A DNA stretch of 64,000 nt from an uncultured Solirubrobacterales bacterium (GTDB taxonomy: Bacteria; Actinomycetota; Thermoleophilia; Solirubrobacterales; Solirubrobacteraceae). The notes under the pieces were generated by a model. The model searched no databases. It was not told where the DNA came from and saw only the letters and a list, made by a program, of their open reading frames with translations. This document shows, in pieces, positions 56,864 through 64,000 of the stretch; the first letter of the stretch is position 1; each line of letters starts with the position of its first letter. The stretch spans positions 375,143 through 439,142 of the forward strand of contig CAVWQO010000002.1 in the NCBI GenBank assembly GCA_963757165.1, written 5' to 3'. The translations under genes were made by a program, and so were the position numbers.

Positions 56864-57900
56864 GCCGCGAGCTCAGCCACCGCCCGCAGCTGCCCGATCC
56901 GATCCTCGGCGGTGAAGGCCATCGGGGTGACCATCAGCGTGCCGACCCCGGCATCACGGAAGGCGGCCAGCCGGTCGCGCACGACATCACGCGGCCCGCA
57001 CAACGAGACCATGTCGATCAACTCGTCCGGGATCGCCTCGCCGGCCTCGGCCTTCTTGCCGTCCAGGTACAGGTTCTGGATCTCACCGGCCGCCTCCTCG
57101 AACCCGTATCGCTGGACCAGGTTGTTGTAGAAGTTCTGCTTGCGGGAGCCCATGCCGCCGATGTAGAGCGCCAGCACCGGGCGCATCAGGTTGCGCGCCA
57201 GCTCGCGGTCGTCGGAGATGTAGGCATTGACGGTCGGGGCGATGTCGAACTGCTCGAGCGTTCGTCCGGACTGGGCCGCCCCTTCCTGCAGCAGCTTGCG
57301 GAACTCGGATACGTATTCCGGGGAGAAGAAGGTCGGAATCCAGCCGTCGGCGATCTCGCCCGCCAGTGCGGTGTTCTTCGGGCCGATCGCGGCCAGGTAG
57401 ATCGGGATCCGCTCCTGCTTGGGGCTGATCATCAGCTTCAGCGGCTTGCCTGGCCCGTCCGGCAGTGGCAGCTCGAGCGTGTCGCCGTGAAACTCCACGC
57501 GCTCGCGCGCCAGCGCCATCCGCACGACCTCCACGTATTCACGCGTGCGTTGCAATTGCTTGGCGAAGGGCTGACCGTGCCAGCCCTCGGCAACCTGCGG
57601 GCCCGAGGAGCCGATGCCGAGGACCATCCGTCCGTCGGACAGCTCGTCGATCGTGGCGGCCGTCATCGCCGTCATCGCCGGGCTACGCCCCGGCATCTGG
57701 AAGATCGCGGAGCCGAGCTTGATCTTCGAGGTCCCGGCGGCGAGCCAGGCGAGCACGGTGGCGGCATCCGAGCCGTAGGCCTCGGCGGCCCAGACCGAGT
57801 CGAAGCCGAGTCGCTCAGCTTCCTGCACGACCTCCAGCTGTTCCTGAGGCCCCATGCCAAGACCCCAGTAGCCGACGTGTACTCCGAGCTTCATGTGCAA
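56860..57900 (-). CDS. LLM-class (luciferase-like) flavin/F420-dependent oxidoreductase
   Basis: MKLGVHVGYW, AERLGFDSVW.AEAYG.DA...LA.LAA.T..I.LG.AI, and GR..LG.G.SGP.V.EGWHG. Its stop overlaps the start of the downstream GT1 gene. Confidence 0.8.
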   Translation of the reverse strand: MHMKLGVHVGYWGLGMGPQEQLEVVQEAERLGFDSVWAAEAYGSDAATVLAWLAAGTSKIKLGSAIFQMPGRSPAMTAMTAATIDELSDGRMVLGIGSSGPQVAEGWHGQPFAKQLQRTREYVEVVRMALARERVEFHGDTLELPLPDGPGKPLKLMISPKQERIPIYLAAIGPKNTALAGEIADGWIPTFFSPEYVSEFRKLLQEGAAQSGRTLEQFDIAPTVNAYISDDRELARNLMRPVLALYIGGMGSRKQNFYNNLVQRYGFEEAAGEIQNLYLDGKKAEAGEAIPDELIDMVSLCGPRDVVRDRLAAFRDAGVGTLMVTPMAFTAEDRIGQLRAVAELAA

Positions 57901-57977
57901 GGTTCCTTTCGCGGAAGGAGATCGCTTGAGCGGTGCGACGGCCGCCGATAAGGTGACCGCGCCGCCTGTGGGAGGCG

Positions 57978-58535
57978 ATGAACCCTATGCGAGAACGATC
58001 CCGAGCGACGATCAGCGAGCTGCGCACCACGATTGCCTGCCTCCCGCGGAGCACCCGGCTGGCGATGTTGGACGGAATCACGCGCAACGAGATCATCGTC
58101 GGGGCCTATACGCACGAGGACGGGATCTGCCCGATGCTCGCCGCCCATCGGGCCGGCGGCCGGACCAACTTCATCGCGTTCGCCAAGGCGTGGGACCGCT
58201 TCGCCTTCGGCAACGGGAAGCGCGGCAGGGCACGGCGCGCCACCGAACGGGAGCTGCTGATCCTGCGCACGCATCTCGAGGCGAGCTTGCTGGAGGACGA
58301 AGGTCCAGCGCCGCAGCTGCGTGAGGCGATCGCTGAGCACAATGAGCTGATGGCTCGTAGCCAGGAACGCGCATCCGAGCCGGTACGGCCCGGCGACCGT
58401 GACCGCGGCCGTGAGCTGCGAGGCCGTCCCGGTTGGTCCTGGATGCGCGTGGTCCGCCGCTACGACGACTACCAGCGCGCACTGGCCCGGCTAGAGCAGG
58501 AGCAGGCCAACCTGCGCGAGCCCGCGCACGCCTGA
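57978..58535 (+). CDS. hypothetical protein
   Basis: 185 aa, ATG 6 nt after GGAGG, charged and helical, with no motif I recognise (ICPMLAAHRAGGRTNFIAFAKAWDRF...). Confidence 0.55.
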   Translation: MNPMRERSRATISELRTTIACLPRSTRLAMLDGITRNEIIVGAYTHEDGICPMLAAHRAGGRTNFIAFAKAWDRFAFGNGKRGRARRATERELLILRTHLEASLLEDEGPAPQLREAIAEHNELMARSQERASEPVRPGDRDRGRELRGRPGWSWMRVVRRYDDYQRALARLEQEQANLREPAHA

Positions 58536-58572
58536 CCCGCAGGCGCCGACGACGGCTGGAAGACTCCAGTCC

Positions 58573-59712
58573 GTGACCGAGCTCACTGTGCGTAACAGTG
58601 GCGGCATGGGAGAGGAGCGGCGAACCAGCCCATTGGAGCTCCTCTGGGATCTCGTCTTCGTGTTCGCGGTGACCCAGGTCACCGCGCTGCTGTCGGCCGA
58701 TCTGAGCTGGCGTGGCTTCGGCCAGTCGATGCTCGTGCTGGCCCTGGTGTGGTGGGCATGGTCGGCGTTCGTCTGGGCAGCCAACGCCCAAGCGAGTAAC
58801 TCGCCCTCGCTACGGGTCGGGCTGCTGATCGCGACGTTGTCGATCTTCATCGCGGGCCTCGCGGTGCCGAGGGTCTTCCACGGCGGGGGCACTCTGTTTG
58901 CGGTCGCTTACACCGTGGTGCGCCTCCTGCACCTGGCGCTTTACGCGGACGCCTCCCGGCGCGGAGATGCCGCTTGGTCAGCGATCGCCGGGTTTGCCCT
59001 CACCGTGGTGCTCGGGATGGCGCTGCTGATCGCCGGGTCGCTGTTTCACGGCGGCACCCGGGTGCTGCTCTGGGTGCTCGCCGCGGCGATCGACTACGCC
59101 GGTCCGGCATGGCTGACCCGAGAGCGGTTGCGGGGCCTGCAGCGCGTGGCCGTGGCGCACTTCGCGGAGCGCTACAGCCTGTTCGTGATCATCTGTCTCG
59201 GGGAGTCGATTGTGACCATTGGCGTAGGAGCGCGTCACGAGGCGCTGAGCTTCGCAGTCGTGGCTGCGGTGTCGCTGGGTCTGCTGATCACGGTCGGCCT
59301 GTGGTGGACGTACTTCGACCGGTCGGCCGACGCCGCGGAGCAGCGGCTGCGAGAGCATCACGATCCGGTCCTGGCGGCCGCTGACGCTTATAGCTACCTG
59401 CACCTGGTGATCGTCGCGGGGATCATCATCTTCGCGGTCGGAGTCAGCGGAGCCGTGCACGCGGTCAGCGAGCCGCTGAGAACTGGGGCGAGGCTGGCGC
59501 TGTGCGGCGGTGTGGCGATCTATCTGCTCGGCCACGTGGCCTTTCGCCTGCGTCTCATGGCCGAGCTGGGACGCGGGAAGCTCCTCGTCGCGCTGGCCCT
59601 GATCGTGCTCGCGGCGGTCGGCACCTCGCTCCCGGCCTGGGCGGTGGCGGCGGTGGTCAGCGGGCTCCTAACCGCGCTGTGCGTCGGCGAGACCGTGGCG
59701 AGCACCGCGTGA
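58573..59712 (+). CDS. ltrA: low-temperature-requirement A (LtrA)-family membrane protein
   Basis: TSPLELLWDLVFVFAVTQV plus about 10 TM helices with the second-half repeat FAERYSLFVIICLGESIV. Confidence 0.8.
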   Translation: MTELTVRNSGGMGEERRTSPLELLWDLVFVFAVTQVTALLSADLSWRGFGQSMLVLALVWWAWSAFVWAANAQASNSPSLRVGLLIATLSIFIAGLAVPRVFHGGGTLFAVAYTVVRLLHLALYADASRRGDAAWSAIAGFALTVVLGMALLIAGSLFHGGTRVLLWVLAAAIDYAGPAWLTRERLRGLQRVAVAHFAERYSLFVIICLGESIVTIGVGARHEALSFAVVAAVSLGLLITVGLWWTYFDRSADAAEQRLREHHDPVLAAADAYSYLHLVIVAGIIIFAVGVSGAVHAVSEPLRTGARLALCGGVAIYLLGHVAFRLRLMAELGRGKLLVALALIVLAAVGTSLPAWAVAAVVSGLLTALCVGETVASTA

Positions 59713-60632
59713 GCGTACGTCCCGCAGTGTCGGTGATCGTTCCCTTCGCCGGCTCCCGGGAGCAGCTGCGGCGTGCGATCAACGCGTTGGAGCAGCTCGA
59801 GCTGGGGGATGAGGACGAGGTGCTGGTCGCGCTCAACCGTCCCGTGGCGCGGATCGAGCCGGGCCCCGGCCGCGTCCAGATCATCCCGGCCTGGGGCATC
59901 CGTTCGCCCGGCTTCGCCCGTAACCGAGCTGCCGCCCTGGCTCACCGCGGCGAATGGCTGCTGTTCCTCGACGCCGACACGTGGCCGCGGCGATCGCTGA
60001 TCGGCGATCTGTTTCACCGTCCGCCGGCGCCCGACACGGCGGTTCTGGCCGGCGAGATCATTGACGCCGCGGACTCGGCCGGTCTCGTGTCTGCGCATGC
60101 GGTCGCACGCCGGCAGATGAGCCACACCAACACGCTCAGTCGGGGCCGGTTCGCCTATGCGCAGACGGCGAACTGTGCGGTCCGCAGCGAGGCATTCGCG
60201 GAGGTCGGCGGTTTTGACCCCGAGGCGCGCACGGCCGAGGACGCCGATCTCTGCTTCAGGCTGGCCGCGGCCGGCTGGGGCATCGAGCACCGGCCAGGGG
60301 CGCAGGTCGCCCACAGCGGCCGGACCACGGTTCCAGCTTGGGTGGGCCAGCTGCTCCGCCACGGGGCGGGGGCGGCCTGGCTTGAGCGCCGCTACCCGGG
60401 AGCGCTCCCCGCCCCGGGCTTCGTCGCACTGACCCGGCGTCTGCTGAGCGGCTTCCGGGACGCCGCGGGTGGCCTGATCGGAGGCGATCGGGATGCGGTG
60501 GCGTTTGCCCTGCTGGACGTGGTCGGAGCGCTGGCCTTCGAATCCGGGCGTCTGCTACCGAATACGCCGCGACGCGAGCCAGGTTTTGCCGCGTCGATCC
60601 CTGGGGAGCCCACACCTGAAAGGATGGCTTGA
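59709..60632 (+). CDS. GT2-family glycosyltransferase
   Basis: ORF 59502 is trimmed to the GTG at 59709 (GTGA overlap with ltrA). VSVIVPFAGS, LLFLDADT (DxD), and AEDADLCFRL. Confidence 0.75.
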   Translation: MSVRPAVSVIVPFAGSREQLRRAINALEQLELGDEDEVLVALNRPVARIEPGPGRVQIIPAWGIRSPGFARNRAAALAHRGEWLLFLDADTWPRRSLIGDLFHRPPAPDTAVLAGEIIDAADSAGLVSAHAVARRQMSHTNTLSRGRFAYAQTANCAVRSEAFAEVGGFDPEARTAEDADLCFRLAAAGWGIEHRPGAQVAHSGRTTVPAWVGQLLRHGAGAAWLERRYPGALPAPGFVALTRRLLSGFRDAAGGLIGGDRDAVAFALLDVVGALAFESGRLLPNTPRREPGFAASIPGEPTPERMA

Positions 60633-60635
60633 CTT

Positions 60636-62231
60636 ATGGCAACCCACGCCAGTCTGGAACTGCGCGGAGCGATCGAGGCAGGCTTCGACGAGGTTCTGAC
60701 GCCTGATGCGCTGGACTTTGTGGCCAAGCTGCAACGCGAATTTGGAGAGCGCAGGCGCGAGCTGCTGCAGGCGCGGGCCGAGCGTCGCGCGCGCCTGGCG
60801 GCCGGTGAGAATCTCGATTTCCTACCGGACACGGTCGACGTCCGTGAGGGCGACTGGCAAGTCGCCCCTGCCCCGCCCGATATGCGGCAGCGCTGGATCG
60901 AGATCACCGGCCCGACGGACCGGAAGCTGGTCATCAACGCGCTGAATTCGGGAGCGGACGGCTTCATGGCCGACTTCGAAGATGCCAACGCGCCCACCTG
61001 GCACAACCTGGTCGACGGTCACATCAACCTACGCGATGCGATCGACCGCACGATCACCTACGAGGGCTCCGATGGTCGTCACTACGAATTGGTCGAGGAC
61101 CCTGCGACCCTGCTGGTGAGGCCGCGTGGCTGGCACCTGCCCGAGCGGCACATACTTGTCGACGGCGAGCCGATCGCCGGGGCGCTGATGGATTTCGGGC
61201 TGTACTTCTTCCACTGCGCCCCCCGGCTGCTGGCCAGCGGATCGGGGCCGTACTTCTACCTGCCCAAACTCGAATCGCATCTCGAGGCACGCCTCTGGAA
61301 TGACGTGTTCCGCTTGGCTCAGGACGCGCTCGGAGTTGAGCAAGGGACGATCAAGGCGACGGTGCTGATCGAGACGCTGCCCGCGGCGTTCGAGATGGAC
61401 GAGATCCTCTACGAGCTCCGTGATCACTCGGCGGGACTCAACGCCGGGCGCTGGGACTACATCTTCTCAGCGATCAAGTGCTTCCCGGACCGACGAGAGA
61501 TGGTCCTGCCGGATCGCAGCGCGGTCACGATGACGGTGCCGTTCATGCGGGCCTACGCTGACCTGCTGGCCAAGACGTGCCATCGCCGTGGGGCGCACGC
61601 GATCGGTGGGATGGCGGCGCTGATCCCCTCGCGCAAGGACGAGGAGGCAAATGCCAAGGCGCTGGAGGGCGTGCGGGCCGATAAGCAGCGGGAGATCGAA
61701 CAGGGCTACGACGGCAGCTGGGTCGCCCATCCGGATCTCGTCCCGGTAGCGCGAGACGTGTTCGAGCAGGGGCTGGACGGCGCCCCCAACCAGCTCGAGC
61801 GCCAACGTGACGAGGTCGAGGTAACCGCCGCACAACTGCTCGATCTCGCCTCAACCCCGGGTGGGATCACCGAAGCCGGCCTGCGTACCGACGCGAGTGT
61901 CGGCTTCCAGTACATCTCCTTCTGGCTCGGGGGCCGCGGCGCCGCGGCGATCAACTCGTTGATGGAGGACGCCGCGACGGCCGAGATCTCCCGCACCCAG
62001 ATCTGGCAGTGGGTCCACCACGGTGTCCAGCTTCAGGACGGACACACGGTGACCCGAGAGCTGGTGCGGCAGATCCTGGACGAGGAAACGGCGCGGATCC
62101 GTGAAGGCGTGGGCGAGGAAACCTGGCGTGCCGGCCGCCCCGCGGAGACACGTGAGATCTTCGAACAGGTCGCGCTGTCAGAGGAACTCACCGAGTTCCT
62201 GACCCTCCCCGCGTACGAGTATCTGAAATAG
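60636..62231 (+). CDS. aceB: malate synthase A
   Basis: 531 aa (A-type length). [58 protein letters not shown], and [12 protein letters not shown]. It starts 3 nt after the GT2 stop. Confidence 0.92.
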   Translation: MATHASLELRGAIEAGFDEVLTPDALDFVAKLQREFGERRRELLQARAERRARLAAGENLDFLPDTVDVREGDWQVAPAPPDMRQRWIEITGPTDRKLVINALNSGADGFMADFEDANAPTWHNLVDGHINLRDAIDRTITYEGSDGRHYELVEDPATLLVRPRGWHLPERHILVDGEPIAGALMDFGLYFFHCAPRLLASGSGPYFYLPKLESHLEARLWNDVFRLAQDALGVEQGTIKATVLIETLPAAFEMDEILYELRDHSAGLNAGRWDYIFSAIKCFPDRREMVLPDRSAVTMTVPFMRAYADLLAKTCHRRGAHAIGGMAALIPSRKDEEANAKALEGVRADKQREIEQGYDGSWVAHPDLVPVARDVFEQGLDGAPNQLERQRDEVEVTAAQLLDLASTPGGITEAGLRTDASVGFQYISFWLGGRGAAAINSLMEDAATAEISRTQIWQWVHHGVQLQDGHTVTRELVRQILDEETARIREGVGEETWRAGRPAETREIFEQVALSEELTEFLTLPAYEYLK

Positions 62232-62292
62232 AGCCGGCCCGGGCATGCGGCTCGGATGAGGCCACCGCGTCGGCCGGGCCGGCATGGCTGGC

Positions 62293-62478
62293 TCAGCGAG
62301 TGTTCTTCTTGACCGCGCTTCGCGCCTTCCCGATCGCGTTGCGGGCCTTGCCCTTGAGCTCCTCGCCCGCTCCGCGCGCCTCGGTGCCGGGCCGGCCGGT
62401 CTCGGCGCCGGCCTGACGCTTGGTGGCGCCCTTCAGTTCCTCCGCTTTGCCCTTCACCCTTTGCATTCGGTCACCCAT
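62293..62478 (-). CDS. CsbD-family stress protein
   Basis: 61 aa, MGDRMQRVKGKAEELKGATKRQAGAETG....GAGEELKGKARNAIGKA. This is the duplicated K-G-K-x-K-E/G CsbD pattern. Confidence 0.8.
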   Translation of the reverse strand: MGDRMQRVKGKAEELKGATKRQAGAETGRPGTEARGAGEELKGKARNAIGKARSAVKKNTR

Positions 62479-62517
62479 GGGGCTCCTCTCGACGCTGCTG
62501 TGGGGTCCTTGACGGTA

Positions 62518-62545
62518 CTACCCAGCTTCAGCCTGGGCTCAAAAC
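62518..62545 (-). promoter_or_regulatory. candidate SigB/SigF-type promoter upstream of csbD
   Basis: On the minus strand: GTTTTG (62545-62540), N16, GGGTAG (62523-62518), about 40 nt upstream of the csbD ATG, which is preceded by GAGAGGAG. It resembles the GTTT-N(12-17)-GGGTA general-stress promoter class. Confidence 0.3.
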
Positions 62546-62599
62546 TCCGCGCGAGGCGTCGGCTGGTCACAGCGGCTCATTGGACGTAGGCAGCGCGGC

Positions 62600-64000
62600 T
62601 CACGGGACCATCCCCGACAGAGCCCCTGATTGCAGGAGCACGAGCACCGCCATCACCAGCACGAGCACGATGCTCCAGCCGATGACCTTGCGGAAAATGT
62701 CGCCCTCGTGACCGGCGAGGCCCACCGCGGCGGCGCCGATAGCCAGATTCTGAGGGGAGACCATCTTCGCCAGCACGCCGCCGGAGCTGTTGGCGGCCGC
62801 GAGCAGCGTGGGGGAGAGGCCAGACTTGTGCGCGGCGGCCACCTGGAGCGCGCCGAACAGCGAGTTCGTCGAGGTGTCCGAGCCCGTGACCGCGGTGCCG
62901 AACCACCCGATCAGCGGTGACAGGAACGCGAAGAAGCCGCCGGCCCCCGCGGCCCAGGTGCCGAGCGTGATCGTCTGGCCGGACAGGTTCATCACGTAGG
63001 CGACGGCAAGCACCGAGCAGACCGTGACCAGCGCCCACTTGAGCTGCTCGAGCGTGCGGAGATAGATCTTCAGCGCCTGCGCCGGACGGACCCGGAGCGC
63101 CAGCATCGTGAAAACGCCGGAGACGAACAGCCAGGTGCCGGCCGCGGTCAGCCAGTTGAGCTTGAACGTCTCACTCGTCGGCGGTTTGCCCTTGCTGTTG
63201 AGCACGTGCAGGCCAGGCCAGCTGAAGGCGTTCGTTGCCTTGTCAAGTTGGGCCTGGACCCCATGCAGGCTGGTCACACCCAGGACCACGATGATGATGA
63301 TGTAGGGCGCAAAGGCGCGAAGCATCTCCCCGGCGCTCGGAGGACCGCCGCGCTCGGCCTGCACGCGGCGCTCGAATTCGACGTCGGCCGTTGCGCCCCC
63401 TGCGATGGCAGGCCGGCCAACCGTCCGTGTCGGTGCGCCCGGTGCACGCGGCGACCAGACTCGGAGCAGGGCGACCAGGGCGCCGGCGGAGACGAGCGCG
63501 GCAATGATGTCGGTCAGCTGCGTCGAGACATAGTTTGAGACGACGAACTGCAGGACGGCGAACACGGCACCGGCGGTAAGCGCGGCCGGCCATGCCTCAC
63601 GTAGGCCCCGGCGTCCGTCGACCATGAACACCAGCACGAAGGGCACGACCAGGGCCAGGAACGGAGTCTGGCGGCCGACCATCTGGCTGAGGTGGTGAAT
63701 CGGTAGCCCGGTGACCTGCGCCAGGGTGGTGATGGGGATCGCGATCGCGCCGAAGGCGACTGGTGCGGTGTCAGCGACCAGCGCAACGGCGGCTGCCTGC
63801 ACCGGCTTCAGTCCCAGCCCGACCAGCATCACGCCGCAAATCGCCACCGGAGTGCCGAAGCCGGCGAGTGCCTCAAGCAGGGCGCCGAAGCAGAATGCAA
63901 TCACCACGACCTGCACGCGTTGATCGTCCGAGACGGTGCTGAAGGCCCGGCGCAGTACGGCGAAGTTGCCGGTGGCCTCGGTCATGTTGAAGATCCACAA
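62600..64000 (-). CDS. lctP: L-lactate permease (LctP/LldP family), 5' end outside the window
   Basis: Collinear with my recollection of E. coli LldP: FCFGALLEALAGFGTPVAI...LVGLG.KP, NTAPVAFGA..IPI, QMVGRQ.PF, FLSP.IGW.G...TGSDTS.N.LF..LQ, and AAN..GGV..KM.SPQ..AI. The ORF runs off the window end. Confidence 0.9.
   Translation of the reverse strand: MWIFNMTEATGNFAVLRRAFSTVSDDQRVQVVVIAFCFGALLEALAGFGTPVAICGVMLVGLGLKPVQAAAVALVADTAPVAFGAIAIPITTLAQVTGLPIHHLSQMVGRQTPFLALVVPFVLVFMVDGRRGLREAWPAALTAGAVFAVLQFVVSNYVSTQLTDIIAALVSAGALVALLRVWSPRAPGAPTRTVGRPAIAGGATADVEFERRVQAERGGPPSAGEMLRAFAPYIIIIVVLGVTSLHGVQAQLDKATNAFSWPGLHVLNSKGKPPTSETFKLNWLTAAGTWLFVSGVFTMLALRVRPAQALKIYLRTLEQLKWALVTVCSVLAVAYVMNLSGQTITLGTWAAGAGGFFAFLSPLIGWFGTAVTGSDTSTNSLFGALQVAAAHKSGLSPTLLAAANSSGGVLAKMVSPQNLAIGAAAVGLAGHEGDIFRKVIGWSIVLVLVMAVLVLLQSGALSGMVP

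Noticed and set aside
55053-57900. A genomic island integrated at tRNA-Asn.
   Set aside because: No integrase is present, I could find no direct repeat of the tRNA 3' end downstream, and the downstream genes (GT1, LLM oxidoreductase) have ordinary composition. Only the single upstream HNH gene looks foreign, and it is reported separately.
57941-57975. GCCGATAA considered as part of a XerCD dif site.
   Set aside because: The flanking sequence lacks the second arm (the ATTATGTCAAGT type) and the overall 28-bp dif architecture.

Overview
The window is very GC-rich and contains densely packed, mostly plus-strand housekeeping DNA. It probably comes from a high-GC Gram-positive organism (Actinomycetota-like, possibly deep-branching). 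This rests on a clear WhiG-type sigma factor, an LLM/F420-type oxidoreductase, LtrA, and gene order, and is inference only. All product calls come from motifs I recognise in the supplied translations, because no database search was possible. Three conserved syntenic blocks make up most of the window. Block 1 is acpP-rnc-smc-ftsY-(nfeD-SPFH)-ffh-rpsP-KH-rimM-trmD-rplS-lepB-lepB-rnhB, inverted yraN, comM-dprA-thiD. Block 2 is xseB-polyprenyl synthase-dxs-tlyA-nadK-recN-pyrG-(M20)-NUDIX ... xerD. Block 3 is dgt-dnaG-(HNH)-tRNA-Asn. The rest is ilvD, two tandem L,D-transpeptidases, xerC-whiG, an EF-G paralog, deoB-mutM, recO, an acyl-CoA dehydrogenase, a frameshifted CocE/NonD hydrolase, GT1 + LLM oxidoreductase, ltrA-GT2-malate synthase, csbD and a truncated L-lactate permease. 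One tRNA (Asn-GTT) is present. I found no rRNA, CRISPR array, transposase or prophage integrase. I found no recognisable defence or mobile system. The observations most worth a second look are these. (1) An 82-aa MoaD/ThiS-like protein ends in GG-Arg and sits beside thiD and an unknown membrane-anchored protein. (2) A 565-bp smc-ftsY spacer holds two 42-bp-period tandem arrays, one with strong G-quadruplex potential. (3) An HTH+HNH protein is wedged between dnaG and tRNA-Asn. (4) An internally duplicated secreted protein with a poly-Thr tail and twin perfect hairpins is inserted between NUDIX and xerD. (5) whiG and rnhB both lack a canonical start codon near their conserved N-termini. (6) A zinc-ribbon protein, a small basic protein and RNase HI form a cluster. 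Many genes are joined by 1-4 nt stop/start overlaps, and GTG/TTG starts are common, so several start coordinates are uncertain.
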